Source: an uncultured bacterium
Lineage (GTDB): Bacteria; Krumholzibacteriota; Krumholzibacteriia; LZORAL124-64-63
Direction: 5' to 3'
DNA: 64,000 nucleotides
Assembly: GCA_963727525.1 (NCBI GenBank)
Contig: CAVSGO010000005.1
Coordinates: 160,001-224,000 of the forward strand
Below, piece by piece: positions 1 to 9,598 of this stretch. Both the position numbers and the translations under genes were made by a program. The notes under the pieces were generated by a model. The model searched no databases. It was not told where the DNA came from and saw only the letters and a list, made by a program, of their open reading frames with translations. Within the stretch, counting starts at the first letter, position 1, and every line of letters begins with the position of its first letter.

Positions 1-784
1 TCGCGTCGGCCCTGGCGTCGGACAAGGCGCCGTAGAGTTCGAGCTGACCGCTGCTGGGCACTTGCACCGTACCCGTCACCAGGCGCCGGCTGCCCAGCAG
101 ATGACCGGCGCGCACGCGCGTGGCCGGATCCACGAGGCCCGATTGCATCAGCTTCAGTTCGTCAGTGATGCGATCGATCTCCAGCCGCTCGAGCACCTTC
201 AGCGCGTGCACCTTGCCCAGATCGAGCGCCAGGAAGTTGGCGAGCCCCTTGCCCATGGGTGCGAGTTCCGCCGGAAGATCGGCGGTGTCGAACGCCACCA
301 CGGCGATCGTGTTGGCGGGGGGTGTTGTGAACTGACCGGTCGCCTCCGCGTCACGGGCTGCGCGGGCGAGCCGCGCCGCCTGGTTGCGCAGCAACGCCTC
401 GTAGTGCGCATGAGCGAGCTGCCGCACGCTGCCCGAGGGCCGCATGGTGAGGACCTTGCGATACGCGGTCATGGCGGCGTCGGTATCGCCAGTGGCCTCG
501 CTCACCAGCCCGCGGTAGAGCGTCGTGCGCAGGTCGGGTGCGAGCCGCGCGGCTGCGGTGAGGGCCGAATCGGCCTGCGCGTACTGCCCCAGGTTGTAAT
601 AGACGACCCCGGCTTCCCGCCAAGCAACGGCGCTGTCGGGATGGCGCTGGATATCCTCCCGCAACGACGCGAGCGCTTCTTCTTGCCGCCCCTCGGCCAT
701 GAGCTGGCGCGCCCGATAGTAGTTGTTCGGCGCGCACGCAGCGAGGCAGGACAACAGTACGATCAGGATCGAGAGCCTCAACAT
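1..784 (-). CDS. TPR-repeat lipoprotein with CsgG/HfaB(TolB_N-like) domain; 3' end runs off the window
   Basis: Not in the ORF track (no stop in window). Read manually from ATG at 784: MLRLSILIVLLSCLAAC (lipobox), TPR-like helices (AVAWREAGVVYYNLGQYAQA), then TIAVVAFD...GLANFLALDL...LKVLERLEIDRITDELKL...AGHLLG, typical of CsgG/HfaB-like domains. Confidence 0.7.
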   Translation of the reverse strand, partial: MLRLSILIVLLSCLAACAPNNYYRARQLMAEGRQEEALASLREDIQRHPDSAVAWREAGVVYYNLGQYAQADSALTAAARLAPDLRTTLYRGLVSEATGDTDAAMTAYRKVLTMRPSGSVRQLAHAHYEALLRNQAARLARAARDAEATGQFTTPPANTIAVVAFDTADLPAELAPMGKGLANFLALDLGKVHALKVLERLEIDRITDELKLMQSGLVDPATRVRAGHLLGSRRLVTGTVQVPSSGQLELYGALSDARADA

Positions 785-1105
785 CGCGCATCCTCTTTCC
801 CGCGTGGACGCCTTGCACACGTCTGGCATATTCGTACAGAATAAGGGTGATCACTCTCTCCTACCAACGCATGAATCGGCGAAGTTACCGCCCACGCCGG
901 ATTTTCAACTGCAGTAAAGAAAACACGGGAAACGCGGCGGAACCGTCGATATTCGCGGCGCCGTACGCGCAGATTCGTGATACCATGTCGCCGACATACC
1001 GCGTAGGTGAACTTGCAGCAACCAGTTCGACCTCACCCTCGCAATCTGGAAAGTCGTCCACGCGAGGCCACCGTGACCTCGCGAACTCAGGTCAGGAGAT
1101 CACAC

Positions 1106-1831
1106 ATGGCGACGGTGCTCGACTGTGCTCGTCTCGCCCAGGCCGCGTATACCGGCACGGCGCCCGATGGATGGCGCGTGATCGGTAATCCCCAGTTGAC
1201 GACGGGTGGCCTGTGGGGTGCCTTCCAGGGGTATCTCTTCGCCCAGGGCAACATCGTCGTCGTTGCGTTCAAGGGGACGGCGCTCGACACCGCGGCGGCC
1301 GCCGGCGATGTGGTCGCGGATGCGAAGCTCGGTGTTGGCATGAACACCGTGCAATTCGATCAGGCGGAAGCGTTCCTGGACGACAACGCAGGATTCATAC
1401 CGAGGGGCGCCACGGTCTACGTCTGTGGGCACAGCCTCGGCGGCGCGATCGCCCAGATCGTGGGTAACAGGCGGCGACTGCCTTTCGTCACGTTCAACGC
1501 GCCCGGCGTCGGCGTCATCGCCGGCAACCTCGGCGATATGGCATCGCAGACGAGCGTGGGGCTGACCGCGCGCGCGGCTGGTTCCGTGCTCAGCGTGGTG
1601 CGGCACCCCGTGCAGGCCTGGCGCGACGCACGCTCGCTCTTCTACCGCGTACAGGGGACCAACGTGCGCCTCTCGTCGGATCCGGTGAGCATGGTCGGAA
1701 TCCACTACGGCCGGGTGGCCACGCTGTCCTACCTCGGCCTCGACGCCCACAGCATCGCCACCGTGATCCGGGTGCTCATGCAGAACCCGCCGACCGCGCT
1801 GGCGAATCTCGAGGGTTTCACACGACGCTGA
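1106..1831 (+). CDS. Lipase class 3-like alpha/beta hydrolase
   Basis: AGGAG RBS before ATG 1106; VVVAFKGT, GHSLGG nucleophile elbow, TFNAPG, D-P-V and C-terminal HSI. Confidence 0.8.
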   Translation: MATVLDCARLAQAAYTGTAPDGWRVIGNPQLTTGGLWGAFQGYLFAQGNIVVVAFKGTALDTAAAAGDVVADAKLGVGMNTVQFDQAEAFLDDNAGFIPRGATVYVCGHSLGGAIAQIVGNRRRLPFVTFNAPGVGVIAGNLGDMASQTSVGLTARAAGSVLSVVRHPVQAWRDARSLFYRVQGTNVRLSSDPVSMVGIHYGRVATLSYLGLDAHSIATVIRVLMQNPPTALANLEGFTRR

Positions 1832-1859
1832 CCGTGGCCACCTTGACCGACTGGACGAC

Positions 1860-4661
1860 CTACTTGATCAAGCTCATCTTGATCGTCTGACCCTCGCGGG
1901 CGCCGTCCACGAAGACCTGGCTGAAGTACAGCCCGCTCGCCAGGGGATTGCCCTGCTGGTCCCGGCCGTCCCAGTGGACAGAACCGGGGCCGGCGCCGCG
2001 CACCTCACCGGCGAGCTGACGCACGAGACGCCCGTTGACGTCGTACACGCGCGCCTCCACCCGACCGCCGCGCGCGAGGGCGAACTGGATATCGGTGCTC
2101 GGGTTGAAGGGGTTCGGTGCGTTGCGGAGGCTGCCGTCGATCAGTGCGTTGGCCGCCGTCGCGAAACGGATATCGCCCGCGCCGTTCACGACTGCGGCCG
2201 CACCGGACGCGTCAGCACCGGCGACGATCAGGCGACCCATGGCCGCATTCTCGCCGATCGTGCAGAGCACCGACCCCGCACCGGCGGCGCGTTCCAGGAA
2301 GACGGCGCCGGGCCGGTCGTCCGTCGCTCTCAGCGTGACGGTGAGCGCACAGACCGATCGGCCGGCGGCCTTCGCGACCTGGGGTTCGCTCCAGCCGATC
2401 ATGAATTCGGGCGGCTCGCTCACGTTGATCTGACCATCGCGGAACGACCACTGCACGATGTCGAGGTTGTCAGTCGTGCGTAGGCGGCCCTCGAGACCTC
2501 TCAGGCCCCGCGCGACGGCCTCGCCACTGACCAGCACATGCGCCTGGAAAAGATCGCCGGGCGCAACCGTGATCGACGGCTGCACCGCGTCACGCACGAA
2601 GGACACCGCGACCATGCCCATGTCCGGCGCATCCGCTGCGTGCGGCTGGCCGGAGCCGCATGTCGCAGCGATCGCCGACGCCAGCTGCGATAGGTCGGAG
2701 AGATTGATGACGTCGTCCCAGTTGAAATCGCTGCGGTAGTGGTACGCGTTGTAGAAATCCCCGGCGAAGAGCGTCACGTCGCTCAGGTCCACGATCAGGT
2801 TGCCGTCGATATCCGGGCCGTTGAACGTCATGGGGATTCCTGGCTGGTTGATCGGGCTGCCGGCGATGTAGACGTTCGTCGTCTCGCCCTCGGAGTGTCC
2901 GCCACCGGCGATCGGTACGGTGAACGTCGTGTGGCCGTTCGCATCGGTGTCGTGGTCGGCGTTGGAACCTCCCGCACAGATGACGAGCCCGCCACCGCTC
3001 GTCTGGAGCCACATATCCTCTCCCGGATAGAACGGGATGGGGTTGCCGAAGTAGTCGGCCAGGGTCACCGTGATCGTCGCATCGACGATCGTACCGCCCT
3101 CGGCGAAGCTCTCGCCCAGCGGTTGACCGTTGCGATCCGGACGGGTGAAGACCGATACCGGACCCGGATGGGCGACGGTGTAGCTGGCGATCAGCTCGAA
3201 GGGACTGCCGTATTCGAAGTGCTGGAAATAGGCGCCCTGATCGACGGTATCCCCGCCGATCCAGATGACGCCGATGGAGATGAAGATGTCGGTCACCGGG
3301 ACCGGGATCGCCTCCACTGTCATCGGCATGCCCACGGCCACGCCCACGTCGTTCACCTGCCTCGGCGCACCCCATATGATCTCGCGGCCGTCAATATCGG
3401 GAACCCCGACCACGGCGTCATAGGCGAGCCACACGAGATCGCCGGCGTCGGCCGGCTGCTGGAAGATCACGGCGAAACCCGAACCCAGGCGCCCGCCCAC
3501 GCGGGGTTCACGATACGACACGTCCGCTTCCGGCAACGCGACGTCTGTGGAGCTCCAGGTGGCGCCACCGGTGACGGACAGCTGGGACTTGATCCCGGTG
3601 CCGATGGCATAGGCATACTCGTAGACGACCATGACCTGGTCGTCGTAGGCCGCGATCGACGTCGCACCGGTCGTGCTGTCCAGATCCTCGACCGGATAGG
3701 GAGCCGACGCCCCATCATCGACGCGGACGACGTGCACCCGATCGTCCACGCTCCGGAATGACGCCAGGAAAGAGTTCTCGCCCGCGTTCCAGTGCACCGA
3801 CAGGCCACCACTCGCGTCCGTGATGCCCGGTGCGAGGTCCGACCAGACGAAGACCGGCGGCGTCATCACGCGCATCGCCAGGCCGTGGTCGGCGAGGACG
3901 CCGACACAGAACACCCGATCGTTCGCGTCGTCGGCATTGGTCTCGACGGCAACCTCCCTGACCTCCACCGGGTAGGACGCCACGTGCTGGGTCGCAAAGA
4001 TCGGATCCGCACTGGCATCCGCGAGGGAGAACCGCTGCATGTCGATCGCCGTGTTGTCGCCGTCACCCGTCGCGGTGTAGCCCACGTAGAGGTAATCGGC
4101 ACCCACCCGGCCACTGACGGCGGTGATCGGCGTCGCGCTCAGATAGGCGTACGTCTCCTGCCAGGTCTCACCGTCGTCGACGGACAGGTTGACCGACCAG
4201 CCGCTGCCCCCGCCGGCCAGGTCGAACGTCAGGACCGAGTAGAGCTGGAAGTTGAGCAGTGCGTATGCCACATAGTCGAGCCCCACGTCCTTCACGCGTT
4301 CACGGTCACCGATGCGCCGATCGTCGCGGTTCGCGTCGGCCCGCGGCGCGAGCCACTGGATACCGACGGCCAGCGGCGTGGCGCTCTGCTCGGCCTCGAA
4401 CGCCCGCAGCATCGTGAGCGCCGCATCCGTCTGCCCGGAGTTCCAGGACGCCGCGATCGCACGGGCCGCGTCGCGCTGCGTCGCCGGCATGCCGGCCGGC
4501 AACTGGAGTGTGATCCGGGCCTCGTCCCGGCTGGCCGGCGCCATGGCGCCGAGTTGCAGCGCGAGCGTGGCCGGTCTAGCCCAGGCCGCACTCGCCCCCG
4601 CGAGCCCCGCCGTGACGAGCATCACGGCAAGCAATAGCGACTTTCGTGGTAAGCCTTCCAT
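1860..4661 (-). CDS. Large secreted protein: Asp-box region, dockerin-like Ca-binding pair, cohesin-like domain, C-terminal FlgD-Ig/T9SS-like domain
   Basis: GAGGGG before ATG 4661; signal peptide ending ASAAWA; SVDDGETW and SVTGGATW Asp-box-like motifs; DIDGNLIVDLSD...DFNWDDVINLSD; PNPFNP...YDVNGRLVR...WDGRD...ASGLYF...KMSLIK. Confidence 0.8.
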   Translation of the reverse strand: MEGLPRKSLLLAVMLVTAGLAGASAAWARPATLALQLGAMAPASRDEARITLQLPAGMPATQRDAARAIAASWNSGQTDAALTMLRAFEAEQSATPLAVGIQWLAPRADANRDDRRIGDRERVKDVGLDYVAYALLNFQLYSVLTFDLAGGGSGWSVNLSVDDGETWQETYAYLSATPITAVSGRVGADYLYVGYTATGDGDNTAIDMQRFSLADASADPIFATQHVASYPVEVREVAVETNADDANDRVFCVGVLADHGLAMRVMTPPVFVWSDLAPGITDASGGLSVHWNAGENSFLASFRSVDDRVHVVRVDDGASAPYPVEDLDSTTGATSIAAYDDQVMVVYEYAYAIGTGIKSQLSVTGGATWSSTDVALPEADVSYREPRVGGRLGSGFAVIFQQPADAGDLVWLAYDAVVGVPDIDGREIIWGAPRQVNDVGVAVGMPMTVEAIPVPVTDIFISIGVIWIGGDTVDQGAYFQHFEYGSPFELIASYTVAHPGPVSVFTRPDRNGQPLGESFAEGGTIVDATITVTLADYFGNPIPFYPGEDMWLQTSGGGLVICAGGSNADHDTDANGHTTFTVPIAGGGHSEGETTNVYIAGSPINQPGIPMTFNGPDIDGNLIVDLSDVTLFAGDFYNAYHYRSDFNWDDVINLSDLSQLASAIAATCGSGQPHAADAPDMGMVAVSFVRDAVQPSITVAPGDLFQAHVLVSGEAVARGLRGLEGRLRTTDNLDIVQWSFRDGQINVSEPPEFMIGWSEPQVAKAAGRSVCALTVTLRATDDRPGAVFLERAAGAGSVLCTIGENAAMGRLIVAGADASGAAAVVNGAGDIRFATAANALIDGSLRNAPNPFNPSTDIQFALARGGRVEARVYDVNGRLVRQLAGEVRGAGPGSVHWDGRDQQGNPLASGLYFSQVFVDGAREGQTIKMSLIK

Positions 4662-4947
4662 GACAAAACCCCCTCGAACATGTTGATGTTGGCATACCGG
4701 ACATGATTTCGGGAATATAGCGTACCTGCGTAATGATACAGACTTCAGAAGTCGGAATCCACAGTACTGTCCGACGCGTTCATGAAGGTGCCCACGAGCC
4801 ACCATGCGTGATTTACTCCCACGACCACCCGATCGCCGATCCCTAAGCCAGGGAAAGATCTGTGCACGCTACGCACGGAAGACGGCGGCGTGCAGTCGCG
4901 CCAGCTGACTTTGATGAAGTGATCGCGATGCGGCCGCGCCCCCGTGA

Positions 4948-5628
4948 TCAGGGGGCACCGTGACCATAGAGCGACTTCACGTCGCCCCAGCTCCGAGACT
5001 GGACAGCCACCGCGTCGCAGGTGGTCTCGACCGCATGGTCGACGATGAGATAGGGTCCCTCGAAATTGACACCGACGTCACCGTAGACGTCGAGCACGGT
5101 TTCCGTCCCGAAGTACTCGTAGAGCGAGATCCCACCACCGATGCCGAGAACCAAGGGCCCCCAGTACCATGAAGGCATCCAGCATGAATCGGAACATGGC
5201 GCGATACCATGGCCGAATACACCACCGCTCACGACACGGCCGCGGATCAGCGGGGCACCGTGGGGATTGGCGATGGTTGAGCTGTGGAAACCGAATTCGA
5301 AACCGACGAGGTTGCCCTGGGTGTCGATTGCCCGGATCGAGTAACTGTTCGCAAGTTCCCGGTACGCCGGATAGTCGATGACCTGCAGCCCCTCGGTGAA
5401 CGCCACAGGTTCTTCGGTGAGCGGAACGCTGGCTGCACAGACACCCATGGCGTCGCGCACGACGGTGTAGCCGACCGTTTCGCCCCAGGCCGGCGGCATG
5501 GGATCAACGACGGTCACTGTGAGGGTCACGCCATCGCCGTCGCTGGTGGCGGTGATCGATGCCGTGAAAGCACGGGCCGGTACCGCACAGCTGATCAGAC
5601 CGAGCATCGTCAGGATCGTCGTCTTCAT
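4948..5628 (-). CDS. Secreted hypothetical protein with C-terminal SWGDVKSLY tail
   Basis: GGGGAG RBS before ATG 5628; signal peptide MKTTILTMLGLISCAVPARA; ends VAVQSRSWGDVKSLYGHGAP. Confidence 0.7.
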   Translation of the reverse strand: MKTTILTMLGLISCAVPARAFTASITATSDGDGVTLTVTVVDPMPPAWGETVGYTVVRDAMGVCAASVPLTEEPVAFTEGLQVIDYPAYRELANSYSIRAIDTQGNLVGFEFGFHSSTIANPHGAPLIRGRVVSGGVFGHGIAPCSDSCWMPSWYWGPLVLGIGGGISLYEYFGTETVLDVYGDVGVNFEGPYLIVDHAVETTCDAVAVQSRSWGDVKSLYGHGAP

Positions 5629-5870
5629 ATTCGTCTCCCCTCGACTGGCGACCATCGAAGCGCATTCGTCGCTTCGGGCGCGAGTAAACCATCGGCCCAA
5701 CTTGCTGTCATTGCCCTGCAATATCAAACCAAATTTATCGTATATTATTAAATAACAACGGCTTGCATGGCCCAAGACTTTCAGGAAACACGCCGTCCGT
5801 GTTAGAATCAAGCGTCAGGCATCTGTGCGTCCGCATCCTCGCACCTTGTTCCCACCGAGAGAGGTCGACC

Positions 5871-8800
5871 ATGGGCTTTGGTATATCGCTGGAGAGCGCA
5901 GTCCGCCGCGCGCCGCTTGCAGTCTTCGTCCTCGCCATCGTCCTCGCGCCGGCTGTCGCAAGTGCCGGCTGGGTCGATCTGGGCGGCCAGGACCCCGTCC
6001 AGGTGCGGCTCGTGTCCGACGACGGGACCCGCAGCGTCGTGGAGATCACGATCGGCGGCTTTGAAGCCGATGCCGTCACCATCGATGGGCAGGTCTACTA
6101 CCAGATCAGCCTGCCGCGGGAGGGGCGGTCGAAGCTCGTCGGCATGCCCGAGCTGCCGTCTGTGCGGCGCAGCCTCATCATCCCCGACAATGCCGCAATG
6201 GACGTGCACGTGCTCCAGGCGGAGACGGTGGATCTGCCCTACCCCGTCGCGCCGTCGAAGGGCGACCTTCTGCGCACCGTCGACCCCGCCACGGTGCCCT
6301 ACACGTTAGACGCCTTCTACGACGGCAGTGACGTGTTTCCTGCCACGCCCGCCCATCTCGACGACCCGTACATCCTGCGTGACTATCGCGCCGCCGTGAT
6401 GTCGGCCGACGTGTTCCACTACCTGCCCGCCACGCAGACGCTGCGGGTGACGACGCGTCTGGTGGTGGAGATCGCACCGGTGGGGCCGGGCCGCGTGAAC
6501 GTGCTGCACGAGCACGCGTCGGCCGGTCACCTCGACGCCCAGTTCGCCAACCTCTATTCCGACCGCTTCCTCAACTACGCCGAGCGCCAGCGGTATACGC
6601 CGATGCCGGAGGATGGCGGCCTGCTCATCATCAGTTACGACGCCTATGCTGCTTACCTGGAGCCGTTGGTCGCCTGGAAGAATCAGCGCGGCCTGCCGAC
6701 CCGCCTGGTGACGCTGGCTGACACGGGCCCCACCTACACCGACATCTTCAACTACATCCAGAATGCATACCAGACCACCGACCTCGCCTACGTCCTGCTC
6801 GTGGGTGACGGGCAATACGTGCCGAAGTACGGCTCCGATTCCGATCCGTGCTACGCGCTGCTGGCCGGCGGCGACAACTACCCGGAGATCTTCGTCGGGC
6901 GCTTCTCGGCCGAGTCGCCGCAAGATGTCCAGACGCAGGTTGCGCGCACCATCGCTTACGAACGAGACACCATCGCGGGCGACGCCTCGCGGTGGCTGCA
7001 GAGCGGCACCGGCGTGGCCTCCGACCAGGGCCCTGGCCACTTCGGCGAGTACGACTTCCAGCACATGGACAACATCCGCACCGATCTGATCGGTTTCGGC
7101 TACTCCACCGTCGATCAGATCTATGATCCCAGCGCCACCGCCGCGATGGTGTCCGCCGCGTTGAACGGCGGCCGCGGCATCGTGAACTACTGCGGCCATG
7201 GCAGTCAGACGTCGTGGGGCACCACCGGCTTCAGCAACACCAACGTCAACGCGCTGGTGAACGACGGCCGCCTGCCGTTCATCTTCAGCGTGGCGTGCAA
7301 CAACGGCACCTTCACCGGCGGCACGTGCTTCGCCGAGGCCTGGCTGCGCGCCACGAGCGGCGGCCAGCCGACCGGTGCCGTGGCCACGTACATGTCGTAC
7401 ATCAGCCAGTCGTGGGATCCACCGATGTACGCGGAAGACGAGGCCATCGACCTGCTCGTGGCCGACCAGGCGCGCACGATCGGCGGGCTGTGGTTCAACG
7501 GTTCCTGCGAGATGATGGACGTGTCCGGCGCGACCGGCATGACCGAGTTCCGCAACTGGACCATCTTCGGCGACCCGTCGCTGAATGTGCGCACGAAGAC
7601 ACCTGGTGTCATGGCTGTGAACCATTCCGGCGTGCTGCTGATCGGTATGAGCGACTACGCCGTCGACGTGCCGGGCATGGCCGGCGCGGCGTGCGCGCTC
7701 TACGGCAACGGCGTGCTCTACGGCGTGGGTGCCACCGATGCCTCGGGCCATGCGGTGATCGCCATGGCCGCCCCGCCGACGGCCCCCACCTCGCTCACGC
7801 TCACGGTCTCCGCGTACAACCAGGCGACCGTGGTGGAGCCGGTAGCGGTGTTGCCGCCCGATGGCCCGTATCTCGTCTTCGACGCGGTGCTGGTCAGCGA
7901 CCCGGCCGGCGACGGCGACGGTCACCTCGACTACGGCGAGTCTGCCGGCCTCACGCTGTCGCTCGAGAACGTGGGCGTGGAAGCGGCCACGAACGTGATG
8001 GCGGTGCTCGGTAGCGAGGATCCTCAGGTCATCGTCGTCGCCGGTGACGCCACCTTCGGCGACATCGCCGCCGGCGGTGCCGCCACGTGCGCCGCCCCGT
8101 GCGCGATCACAGTGGCCGGCAACGTGAGCGACGGCCAGATGCTGCCCTTCACCCTGCACGTCACCGCCGACAACGGCGTGTGGGACACCACCTTCTCGCT
8201 GTCCGTGCAGGCACCGATCCTCGCGGTGCAGGAGGTGGCCGTGGACGATGCGAGCCATGGCGACCACGACGGCTATGCCGACGCCGGCGAGACGGTGGGC
8301 CTGCGCATCCGTATCGTGAACACCGGCCATGCCGACTCCGGCCCGCTGACAGGCGCAGTGGCAAGCGCGAACCCGGACGTCGACGTGATCACGCCCGCCG
8401 TGACGAGCGCCGCGGTGCCGGCCGGTGGCTTCACGGATCTGAGCGGCTGCAGTATCGCGATCGCGGGGAGCTGCCCCGAGCCGTCGTACCTCACCCTCAC
8501 CGTCGACGGCGCCGACGAGATCGGCTGCGCGGTGACCGGCACGTTCCGCCTCTCGGTGGGCGGCTGGTACGACGACGCCGACGACGACCGCGGCTGGACA
8601 CTCGGCCTCGCCGGCGACACGGCGACGAGCGGCGACTGGATCCGGGCGGAACCCGTGGGAACGGTCTACAACGGTTCGCCGGTGCAACCCGAAACGGACC
8701 ATACCGACGATCCGGGGACGCTGTGCTTCGTCACCGGCAACGGCACCGTGGGTGGCGCGGCTGGCGACGCCGATGTCGATGGCGGCACGACCACGCTGCT

Positions 8801-9428
8801 CTCGCCGGTCTTCGACCTCGCCGGTGCCGTGTCGGCGCGCGTCAGCTACTGGCGCTGGTACACGAATGATCTGGGCAACAACCCGGACAGCGACTGGTGG
8901 AACGTCGACGTGACGAACGACGGCGTCACCTGGGTGAGCCTGGAGCATACCCAGGCCTCGCTCGCGAGCTGGACGCAGTTCACGTTCGAGCTGAACGACG
9001 TCATCGCGTTCACCGACCACGTGCAGCTCCGGTTCGTGGCCGACGATGCGTCGCCCGGTTCCCTCGTGGAGGCCGGTGTCGACGACGTCCTGCTCAGCGT
9101 GGTACGCGATATCTCCACCGCCGTGGACGACGCCACACCGCTGGTGCCGGCGCACGTGACACTGGCCGGCGCACACCCCAACCCGTTCAACCCGCAGACG
9201 ACGATCGCCTTCGCGCTGCCGCGCGCGGGCAAGGTGGACCTCGCGATCTACGACCTCGCCGGCCGCCGCGTGGCCACCCTGGTGAGCGGCATGCTCACCG
9301 CCGGCCCCCACGCTGCGGTGTGGTCCGGCCGCAACGCCCAGGGCGGCGCCGTGGCCAGTGGCGTCTACGTCACCCGCCTGGTCACCGACGATGGTGCGCA
9401 AACCCGCAAGGTGATGCTCGTCAAGTAA
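5871..9428 (+). CDS. C25 family (gingipain-like) cysteine peptidase with propeptide, Ig-like and MAM-like domains and FlgD-Ig CTD
   Basis: Signal peptide; C25 propeptide (GMPELPSVRRSLIIP); YVLLVGD, IFVGRFS, NYCGHGS (His) and FSVACNNG (Cys), FGDPS; PNPFNP...KVMLVK C-terminus. Confidence 0.9.
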   Translation: MGFGISLESAVRRAPLAVFVLAIVLAPAVASAGWVDLGGQDPVQVRLVSDDGTRSVVEITIGGFEADAVTIDGQVYYQISLPREGRSKLVGMPELPSVRRSLIIPDNAAMDVHVLQAETVDLPYPVAPSKGDLLRTVDPATVPYTLDAFYDGSDVFPATPAHLDDPYILRDYRAAVMSADVFHYLPATQTLRVTTRLVVEIAPVGPGRVNVLHEHASAGHLDAQFANLYSDRFLNYAERQRYTPMPEDGGLLIISYDAYAAYLEPLVAWKNQRGLPTRLVTLADTGPTYTDIFNYIQNAYQTTDLAYVLLVGDGQYVPKYGSDSDPCYALLAGGDNYPEIFVGRFSAESPQDVQTQVARTIAYERDTIAGDASRWLQSGTGVASDQGPGHFGEYDFQHMDNIRTDLIGFGYSTVDQIYDPSATAAMVSAALNGGRGIVNYCGHGSQTSWGTTGFSNTNVNALVNDGRLPFIFSVACNNGTFTGGTCFAEAWLRATSGGQPTGAVATYMSYISQSWDPPMYAEDEAIDLLVADQARTIGGLWFNGSCEMMDVSGATGMTEFRNWTIFGDPSLNVRTKTPGVMAVNHSGVLLIGMSDYAVDVPGMAGAACALYGNGVLYGVGATDASGHAVIAMAAPPTAPTSLTLTVSAYNQATVVEPVAVLPPDGPYLVFDAVLVSDPAGDGDGHLDYGESAGLTLSLENVGVEAATNVMAVLGSEDPQVIVVAGDATFGDIAAGGAATCAAPCAITVAGNVSDGQMLPFTLHVTADNGVWDTTFSLSVQAPILAVQEVAVDDASHGDHDGYADAGETVGLRIRIVNTGHADSGPLTGAVASANPDVDVITPAVTSAAVPAGGFTDLSGCSIAIAGSCPEPSYLTLTVDGADEIGCAVTGTFRLSVGGWYDDADDDRGWTLGLAGDTATSGDWIRAEPVGTVYNGSPVQPETDHTDDPGTLCFVTGNGTVGGAAGDADVDGGTTTLLSPVFDLAGAVSARVSYWRWYTNDLGNNPDSDWWNVDVTNDGVTWVSLEHTQASLASWTQFTFELNDVIAFTDHVQLRFVADDASPGSLVEAGVDDVLLSVVRDISTAVDDATPLVPAHVTLAGAHPNPFNPQTTIAFALPRAGKVDLAIYDLAGRRVATLVSGMLTAGPHAAVWSGRNAQGGAVASGVYVTRLVTDDGAQTRKVMLVK

Positions 9429-9456
9429 GCGCCGATGCCAGCGTGTCGACGAATAG

Positions 9457-9480
9457 GGAAGGGCCCACGAGGGCCCTTCC
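9457..9480 (+). terminator. Hairpin after the C25 gene (possible terminator, weak U tract)
   Basis: GGAAGGGCCC-ACGA-GGGCCCTTCC perfect 10-bp stem. Confidence 0.45.
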
Positions 9481-9504
9481 TGCGTCCTTCTTGGCACAAC
9501 GGAA

Positions 9505-9550
9505 ACAATCATGAAAAGCTGTATTGACACATACAACCTTGTGAAGTTGT
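9505..9550. promoter_or_regulatory. Tandem palindromic operator pair (ACAAC-N8-GTTGT-like) flanking a TTGACA -35 hexamer, upstream of satD-like gene
   Basis: ACAATCATGAAAAGCTGT (9505-9522), TTGACA (9524-9529), ACAACCTTGTGAAGTTGT (9533-9550). Confidence 0.65.
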
Positions 9551-9598
9551 GTCTAGGCAAGACGTACCGCGCCAGCCTCAAGTGAGGAGACCACATCC

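Noticed and set aside
1106-1831. Lipase as a secreted toxin effector
   Set aside because: No secretion-system genes or adjacent immunity gene in the window.
5730-5760. Resemblance to a dif/Xer site (GTATA-TTATTAAAT)
   Set aside because: Poor match to the XerD arm TTATGTTAAAT and no XerC arm; better explained as an AT-rich promoter.
6306-9596. 1096-aa minus-strand ORF and similar long antisense ORFs (15405-17498, 18313-20436, 33164-34804, 48945-51461)
   Set aside because: Antisense shadows of well-supported genes, expected in high-GC DNA; no recognisable motifs.
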